Assembly: GCA_043813075.1 (NCBI GenBank)
Contig: JBDRLL010000036.1
Coordinates: 56,303-120,302 of the forward strand
Source: Candidatus Altiarchaeota archaeon
GTDB taxonomy: Archaea; Altiarchaeota; Altiarchaeia; IMC4; SCGC-AAA252-I15
DNA length: 64,000 nt
Direction of reading: 5' to 3'
The notes under the pieces are model-generated. The model had not been told where the DNA came from. It ran no database searches and was given only the letters and a program-made list of their open reading frames with translations. Positions 57,613 through 64,000 of this stretch are shown piece after piece. Position 1 is the stretch's first letter, and each line of letters opens with the position of its first letter. A program made the position numbers and the translations under genes.

Positions 57613-60600
57613 CTAGCTGGATTCGGGTATCTTGAATGAGACTTTAGTGCCCTTGCCGTAACTGCTTTTTATGTCAAGAACCCCCTTGTGGAGGGATATT
57701 ATCCGCTTGCATATGGCTAGGCCGAGCCCAGCCCCCTTGTAGCGCCTGCTGACTGATGAGTCCACCTGGTAGAACCTTTGGCCTATCTTATCCAGCTCCT
57801 TACGGGGTATTCCTATGCCCGTGTCTGATAGGCTTACGTTAATGAAGCGCGCATCCTTTTTTATGGAGACAGTTATATTGCCGCCGGAGGGGGTGAATTT
57901 AATGGCATTGTCGACAACGTTAAAGACGACCTGCTTGAGTAGTGTGGCGTCGATCATGCACTCGTATTTCTTCTTGCTTGAATACATTTTCTTTAGCTTG
58001 ATTCCCTTGCCCTTGATTATATTCTCCATCTCGGATAGCACGGACTCGACCAGCTCCCTGACGTCCTTCTTCTCCAGGCTCATCCTTACTTCCCCGGACT
58101 CCAGCTTGTGCAGGTCTAGCAGCCGGCTTACTAGGGCGTTCATCCGGTCTATGTTTCCGATTATCTTATCGATCTTCTCCTTCTGCTGGCTTGAGACCCT
58201 GCCGATCATGCCTGTCGACAGGAGTTCCGCGTATCCGCGTATTATGGCTAGCGGTGTCTTGAGCTCGTGCGACGCCACTGAAACGAAGTCTGACTTCATC
58301 TTCACGAGACTCTCCGCCGCCTCTTTCGCCTGTATAACCCGCTGGTAGAGCACCTCCCTCTCGGTGACGTCCCTGAACACGTATACTGCCTGGATTAGAT
58401 TACCTGCAGAATCCTTGAGAGGGTATGCCCTGACTTCATGGTATATCCTCCCGTGGGGTTCATGATGGTAGTGTATGTCTCCCACCGGTTTTCCTGTCTT
58501 GAACATCTCCCTCACCACGCAACTCTTGCAGGGCCTAGCCTTTCCGTGTATGACGTCAAAGCAGCATAGGTGCCGGACACTCTTCCTCTTCTTCCTCAGG
58601 CTTTCCTCGAAGGCCTTGTTGTGGCTTATTATCCTGTACTTCCTGTCAAGCACGACTATGGACTCGTCCATGGAGTTTATCACAGTCTCAAGGTGCTCCT
58701 TCATGTCTGAAATCTCCCGCTCCAGGATTGTTTTCTCAGTCACATCGTCTAGGATGGTTATCGCACCTGTCACACTCCCGTGAGAATCCTTCAAAGGCAC
58801 GCTCCTGAAGTCGACGATAATCTCCTTACCCCAGAAACTCGTGTATGGGACACTGTCGAGATTTATAGTCCCACCGTTCAAGACCTTCCGGAAAAGCTTG
58901 TCTATCCCCTGCTTCTTGAGTTGCGGGAGCTTAAAGACGTTGAACTTCAGCGTATCTGATTCGGAGGGGCTTCCAAGGAGTTCTATGAGGGCGTTGTTGA
59001 CGCTGGTTATGCCACCCTTATCGTCTATCGTGAGTATGCCCACAGGAGCGTTCTGGAGTATGTTGTGCAAGTACACGTTCAGGTCAGCCAGCTTCTCCTC
59101 GAACTTCTTCCGCTCGGTTATGTCGGTCACAACCCCGAGTATAGCCTTCTCGCCCATGAAGTCGATTAGCTCGGTGGACAGTATCACATCAATTTCCTTC
59201 CCGTTTTTTGTGACTATAGTGTATTCCAGAGGCTCGTTATCCTTGCCGGCCATATGGTTCCTGAAGGCCTTCTCGACCAGTTCCTGGTCTTTGTCTGCCA
59301 TCATCCTCCTGAAGTTGAACTTCTTTGAGTAGAATTCATCCTTGGAGTAGCCCATTATCTCCACGCACTTGTGGTTCACGTAGACTATCCTGCCCATGAC
59401 GTTGATGAATATCATGTTGGGGGAGTTCTCAGCGAGGCTTCTGAACTTCTCCTCGCTCTCAATCAAGGCTTCCTCAGAACGCTTCTTCTCAGTCAAGTCC
59501 TCGTAGACGGAGACGACTTCGCCGGTCGGCAGCTTGTAGACGAAGTTGTCGCCCCAATGTCCCATTCGCTCGTCCTCATAGTATGCGGGTGGGAGGTATT
59601 CAGACTTCCCAGTCTTCCACACCCGCGATAAGACGTCTAGGAGTCCGAATTCCTTGATTCCAGGGAACACATCCATGACGTTCCTGCCTACGACGCCTTT
59701 CTTCTTTACCTTGCTTATCCGTTCACCCGACTTGTTGATGTCTTTTATGATGAAGTTAACGCCGTCTTTTGAGGAGTACACTGCCACGCCCCTGAGCATC
59801 CGATCGAACAGCTCCCTGTACTTTGATTCGCTCATCCTTAAAGCCTGTTCAGCCATCATTTTAGCGGTCACATTCTCGAAGGCGACTGCCAGCTTATCGC
59901 CCGGCAGCCTGAATGCGCGTATCCTGAATGCCCCGTCAAGGCGTTCATCAGTGTAGTGCAGTTCTTCTGTCTCGAAAGTCTTGCCTGTCTTGAATGCATG
60001 CAGGTATGCGCTGGTTATCCCATCCCTCCTTGCATTGGGCCATAATTCATTGAATTCCCTGCCAGCCCAGTCTTTCACTTTGAGTCCTGTCAGGCGCTGT
60101 GCCTCACTGTTCCCAGACTCCAGGTACATTTTGTCTGGAGCGACGTACCGGTAGATGAACAGGCCGGAGGGTATTGTCTTCACAATGTCGTCTGACGTCT
60201 TCAGTGACTCCCTTAAAGCCTCCTCAGACCTCCTGCTTTCAGTGATGTCCTGCCCGGAACTGAGTGTGCCAATGTTTTTACCGTCCGCGCTAGTGAGTAG
60301 GGTGTTGTTCCAGGCTATCAGCCGCTCCCCCCCACTCTTTGTTAATACAGGGTTCTCATAGTACTTCATGTTCCTCAATTTTCCGGCCATAAGATTCTTG
60401 AAGACTTTCTTTACCTCACCCCTCCTCTTCTTTGGCAGGAAGTTGTCGAACCAGTTCTTACCGACCACCCCACCCTCACGATAACCCAGGATTTTGCATC
60501 CCTTCCTGTTTATCATCGTCACAATGCCTTTACTATCGAGTGCGACCATCATCACGTTCGCGATGTCAAGGTATGTATTGGCCTTATCCCGCTCGGCCTT

Positions 60601-61362
60601 TATCGCTTCTGTCATCTGTTTCCTTGATGTGATGTCCCTCAGGAATCCGACGAAGCGGGTGATGCTTCCAGAATCATCCTTTATTGAGTATACTGTGAAC
60701 GATGCGTGGAATTCCTCCCCGTTCTTCTTCCGGTTCAATAGTTCACCAGTCCACGTCCCACCCTTTAGGACAGCCTTTGACATCTCAGCCTCTATTTTAA
60801 TCCTGACAGCTTCAGGTTCGGCGTTCAGCAGCGAAGCGTTTTTCCCGATTATCTCTTTCCTACTGTAGCCATAGAGCTTCTCGAACTCCCTGTTCACATA
60901 TTCTATACGGCCGTCCAGGTTGACTGACATGAAGGAGTAGGGTGCGGTCTCTATCGCCTTGCTTAGGAAGTCCGCCTTTACCAGGGTCTTCTCCTCTGAC
61001 GAAACGTCTTTCGCCATTATCAACGCGCCGACTATACTGCCGTTCATCTGGATTTCATTGCCAGAAATCTCGCAGTGGCGGACTTCACCCCTCTTCGTCA
61101 ACGTCTTTATACGGTATTTCGGAACGTGTTTGCCACGCACCCTGGCTTTGAAGGACTTCTCACACACCTTGAGATATTCTTTACAGACTATGTCCCTGAA
61201 GGACATCAAGCCCAGGTCAGAGTTGGTGTAGAGATACCTTTTAAGCGCGGTCTCGTTTGCGTAGACTATCTTTCCGGTTAAGTCTAGCACAAAGACTGTC
61301 TCATCCAGCTCTTCAAGCACCGGCTTGTACCGGGCTATGAATTCCCGAAGGTCCTTGCTCAT
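57613..61362 (-). CDS. Cytoplasmic multi-PAS sensor histidine kinase
   Basis: Eight PAS-like repeats, SHELKTPL H-box, NAIKF, DTGIG, G.GLGL; start ATG 61362 overlaps the receiver stop. Confidence 0.93.
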   Translation of the reverse strand: MSKDLREFIARYKPVLEELDETVFVLDLTGKIVYANETALKRYLYTNSDLGLMSFRDIVCKEYLKVCEKSFKARVRGKHVPKYRIKTLTKRGEVRHCEISGNEIQMNGSIVGALIMAKDVSSEEKTLVKADFLSKAIETAPYSFMSVNLDGRIEYVNREFEKLYGYSRKEIIGKNASLLNAEPEAVRIKIEAEMSKAVLKGGTWTGELLNRKKNGEEFHASFTVYSIKDDSGSITRFVGFLRDITSRKQMTEAIKAERDKANTYLDIANVMMVALDSKGIVTMINRKGCKILGYREGGVVGKNWFDNFLPKKRRGEVKKVFKNLMAGKLRNMKYYENPVLTKSGGERLIAWNNTLLTSADGKNIGTLSSGQDITESRRSEEALRESLKTSDDIVKTIPSGLFIYRYVAPDKMYLESGNSEAQRLTGLKVKDWAGREFNELWPNARRDGITSAYLHAFKTGKTFETEELHYTDERLDGAFRIRAFRLPGDKLAVAFENVTAKMMAEQALRMSESKYRELFDRMLRGVAVYSSKDGVNFIIKDINKSGERISKVKKKGVVGRNVMDVFPGIKEFGLLDVLSRVWKTGKSEYLPPAYYEDERMGHWGDNFVYKLPTGEVVSVYEDLTEKKRSEEALIESEEKFRSLAENSPNMIFINVMGRIVYVNHKCVEIMGYSKDEFYSKKFNFRRMMADKDQELVEKAFRNHMAGKDNEPLEYTIVTKNGKEIDVILSTELIDFMGEKAILGVVTDITERKKFEEKLADLNVYLHNILQNAPVGILTIDDKGGITSVNNALIELLGSPSESDTLKFNVFKLPQLKKQGIDKLFRKVLNGGTINLDSVPYTSFWGKEIIVDFRSVPLKDSHGSVTGAITILDDVTEKTILEREISDMKEHLETVINSMDESIVVLDRKYRIISHNKAFEESLRKKRKSVRHLCCFDVIHGKARPCKSCVVREMFKTGKPVGDIHYHHEPHGRIYHEVRAYPLKDSAGNLIQAVYVFRDVTEREVLYQRVIQAKEAAESLVKMKSDFVSVASHELKTPLAIIRGYAELLSTGMIGRVSSQQKEKIDKIIGNIDRMNALVSRLLDLHKLESGEVRMSLEKKDVRELVESVLSEMENIIKGKGIKLKKMYSSKKKYECMIDATLLKQVVFNVVDNAIKFTPSGGNITVSIKKDARFINVSLSDTGIGIPRKELDKIGQRFYQVDSSVSRRYKGAGLGLAICKRIISLHKGVLDIKSSYGKGTKVSFKIPESS

Positions 61363-61721
61363 CCCAACACTTCCCGTATGTGTTTCAGGAGTATGTTCTT
61401 GTCGAATGGCTTTATGATATAGTCGTCCACAACATCCTGGAGGCCGAATATCTCGACTCCAGGACCCTTCTCGACGGTCAGCATGATTATCTTCAGCTTG
61501 TCTGCGATGCCGTCCTCCTTCAGCTTCTTGAGCGTCTTCCAACCGTCCAACGCAGGCATCCTCACGTCCAAGAGTATGGCATCGTACTTGCCGTCAACAG
61601 CCTTCTTAATGCACTCCTGGCCTGATGGGGCTGAATCCACTTCATAACCCGCCTGCTGGAGTATCATAGTGAGTATGTCTATTATCTCAGGCTCATCGTC
61701 CACAACAAGTATCCTAGCCAC
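61359..61721 (-). CDS. Stand-alone response regulator receiver
   Basis: ILVVDDE, LLDVRMP..DG, MLT, KPF. Confidence 0.94.
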   Translation of the reverse strand: MARILVVDDEPEIIDILTMILQQAGYEVDSAPSGQECIKKAVDGKYDAILLDVRMPALDGWKTLKKLKEDGIADKLKIIMLTVEKGPGVEIFGLQDVVDDYIIKPFDKNILLKHIREVLG

Positions 61722-63200
61722 TCAACCACCTCTCGGCCCGACCGGGCTTCTTAGTATCGACTTGCCCCGCTCAGTCACTTCAAGCAGTTTGAACTTGCCC
61801 TGCTCCACTATCCTGAGCAAGCCCTTGTTCTCGAGCTCGTAGATCCTCTTGCGTGCCGTCGTCTTGGTAATATCAAATTTATTTGTAACGTTTTTAAATG
61901 AAGGCAGCTTCCTGCTGTTGTTCTCAGCAAACACATACTCAAGGAGGTCGTACAATGTCTCGTTAAGCACCATTGATTCGGAGTAGCTCACGTCCTCCAT
62001 CTCCTTCCGTATTAGAGACAACTGGTCTTGGCTTATCGTGGACGGGTCTAGGGACACGATGACTATGGACTCGCTGGACATTATTATGTCATTCAAGTCG
62101 TGTATGAACTTTAACGCCCTGTCGAAACCGTTCTCTGTTATCAGGTAGTCGAGGCGCTCTATCAACGCAATGCACTTCTGCTGGCTTTCATCGAATTCCC
62201 GGATTATCAGGAGAAGCCGGTCCAAGTCCGTAGGCCGTATGGACTTCTCATCAGTCTTCGCGTTCGTCATCCATAGTATGGGCGTTGTCCTCAGCGCGTA
62301 CTCTGACCGTATCCTCTCGGGAGGGACCCTGGCTATTATGAGGCCGTAGTAGCCGTGTTTTACGTGGTCGATGAGTATGTCGAAGCTCTTCTCTGACGAG
62401 TAGTCTGTCACCAGGTAGCCGTAACCCCGTTTTAGCCGGTATTTCATGGGCTTTTCTTCCTTGACATCCTCCTGGGAGGGAAGCAGGTGGGTTCCCCTCA
62501 CCCTGGCTTCCAATAGCATCAGTAGGACTGTTGTTGAAAGCAGTATCACTGAGAGGGAGTGTATGAGTACTCCCATGAACCTCAGCCAGTGGTATATGAG
62601 GTCTGTTGAGGAGTATGTGACAAGGTAGTTCAGGAATGCGGGGTCCACCACCAGGAGGATTGCGCCTATCTTCGCGGTAGTGTAGGCTAACGTATTGTAT
62701 TTTGACACATACCTGTACGCCAGCTTGCCTATCGTCAGGAACATCAGTGCGAGTAGTGTGACAGAGATGTTGTATGACATTAGCAGCAGGAACTGCATGA
62801 ACACTATGCGCCCCACAATGTAGGATGACAGTGGTATGACCACGCCCACTATGGCCAGCGCCTCTATGACGGACTTCGTCTTCCCAAGAGCTATATTCTG
62901 GAAGCCCAGCAGCTTAACTGAAGCGTATCCGCCAAGGGAGACTCCAATCAAAAGCAGCAGGTGTATGTTCAAATGCTTCCACAAGTCAGACGTGTATGCC
63001 CAGTGGCCGTAGTCGTGCTCTAGCGGATACAGCAGGACGAGGAGTGACGCTATCAGGAATATCCTCCATTTGGTCTTGAATTTCGTGAAATACTCTAGAA
63101 AGTAGGCTAGTAGGGTGAGTGTAAACAACGGCATCACCCAGGTTATCAGCCCTATTATGCTGGTCACGCGGACCAGTAACGCGCTTTCAGTTGGAACCAT
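61722..63200 (-). CDS. Membrane protein with DUF835 domain and C-terminal winged HTH
   Basis: About 7 N-terminal TMs; G.GYL, R..P, ILWMT, I.PT.L, LERLDYLI.ENGF, L.D (DUF835); ITKTTARKRIYELENKG...VTERG (wHTH). Confidence 0.8.
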   Translation of the reverse strand: MVPTESALLVRVTSIIGLITWVMPLFTLTLLAYFLEYFTKFKTKWRIFLIASLLVLLYPLEHDYGHWAYTSDLWKHLNIHLLLLIGVSLGGYASVKLLGFQNIALGKTKSVIEALAIVGVVIPLSSYIVGRIVFMQFLLLMSYNISVTLLALMFLTIGKLAYRYVSKYNTLAYTTAKIGAILLVVDPAFLNYLVTYSSTDLIYHWLRFMGVLIHSLSVILLSTTVLLMLLEARVRGTHLLPSQEDVKEEKPMKYRLKRGYGYLVTDYSSEKSFDILIDHVKHGYYGLIIARVPPERIRSEYALRTTPILWMTNAKTDEKSIRPTDLDRLLLIIREFDESQQKCIALIERLDYLITENGFDRALKFIHDLNDIIMSSESIVIVSLDPSTISQDQLSLIRKEMEDVSYSESMVLNETLYDLLEYVFAENNSRKLPSFKNVTNKFDITKTTARKRIYELENKGLLRIVEQGKFKLLEVTERGKSILRSPVGPRGG

Positions 63201-63353
63201 CCAACCACACCCATTTAATACAATGTACTAGAGATATATAAGTAGCACTATTTTAACACTGTCACTGTTTTTACACAAAATTGACATTATGGTGGTTTGT
63301 TTTTGGGGAGAAGAGTAGGATATAATAATTGGTTTGAACAATATTCATGCAGT

Positions 63354-64000
63354 ATGAGACGCGGGTTCTTAGCTACATTGTTCATCGCCATGGTGTTAAT
63401 GCAGTATGCTTCTTCTGATGACGTCACCGTGACGACCTCGCCTACCGGCACTACCCTAATTGATGCCGGTGATTTGGTGGAATCTGATTTATCACCCACG
63501 TCGACTTCATGGTCGACCAGCACTTCAGAGTCCTCAAGCACTACCGGGACTACCTTGACTGCCACTACTTTGGGCGAGACTGCGACAACGCCCTTGGAGA
63601 CGACCACGACGATCGAGGACGCTACCACCACGACCACTAGTCTTGAGGCGACGACCACCACTACTCTTGAGACGACCACGACACTGGAGGACACTTCGAC
63701 AGTCGATGAGACGACCACCACCCTAGAGGCCAGTACGACAACGATCGAGACCACGACCACGCTTGACACTAAGACGTCCACCAGCATTGAGGCAACAACC
63801 ACGACGCTTGAGGAAACCACTGCAACAACACTGGTGGAGACGTCCACCACGCTTGAGGCAACAACCACCACACTCGAGGAGACGACCACAACCACAGTAG
63901 AGACGACCACGACACTCCAAGCCTTCACCCTCAGTGAAGAATCCTCGCGGAAGGCGGGCTCTAGGCTGTTGGAGGAGCTTGGGGCTATGGGGGAGGATGA
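63354..64000 (+). CDS. Secreted or surface protein with long Thr-rich repeat region (3' end outside window)
   Basis: MRRGFLATLFIAMVLMQYASS signal peptide, then many TTT(T)(L/I)E units; frame open to the window end. Confidence 0.85.
   Translation, partial: MRRGFLATLFIAMVLMQYASSDDVTVTTSPTGTTLIDAGDLVESDLSPTSTSWSTSTSESSSTTGTTLTATTLGETATTPLETTTTIEDATTTTTSLEATTTTTLETTTTLEDTSTVDETTTTLEASTTTIETTTTLDTKTSTSIEATTTTLEETTATTLVETSTTLEATTTTLEETTTTTVETTTTLQAFTLSEESSRKAGSRLLEELGAMGED

Noticed and set aside
61363-61542. N-terminal 60-aa extension of the histidine kinase
   Set aside because: Overlaps the receiver gene in another frame; ATG 61362 gives a standard 4-nt overlap
63287-63928. Val-rich 213-aa - strand ORF
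   Set aside because: Reverse complement of the Thr-repeat gene, which has a proper signal peptide

Overview
Archaeal chromosomal segment; a DPANN/Altiarchaeota-like origin is inferred from the gene set and the Thr-rich surface protein, not proven. Housekeeping genes: argH between two argG copies, aCPSF1, psmB, a five-gene riboflavin operon, EndoQ, AK6, aglB, uppS, nob1, priS, gatE, an RsmB-family methylase, aIF5B and ftsZ. Also present are a large lipid-linked glycosylation cluster with a B12/radical-SAM enzyme, a MacB-type ABC cassette, and a membrane DUF835-HTH / receiver / 8-PAS kinase operon. Most notable: (1) four tandem VirB2/TrbC-like pilin genes next to aglB, with covarying N- and C-terminal cysteines and no T4SS ATPase in the window; (2) a textbook dual-guide C/D box sRNA at 17122-17182; (3) two tandem ~485-aa paralogues of unknown function with an apparently duplicated His-containing domain; (4) a riboflavin pathway mixing bacterial-type and archaeal-type enzymes; (5) several micro-ORFs absent from the ORF track; (6) an AT-rich island with a palindromic boundary. 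No CRISPR array, rRNA, intact tRNA or transposase was seen. All calls come from motif recognition by eye, not database searches.
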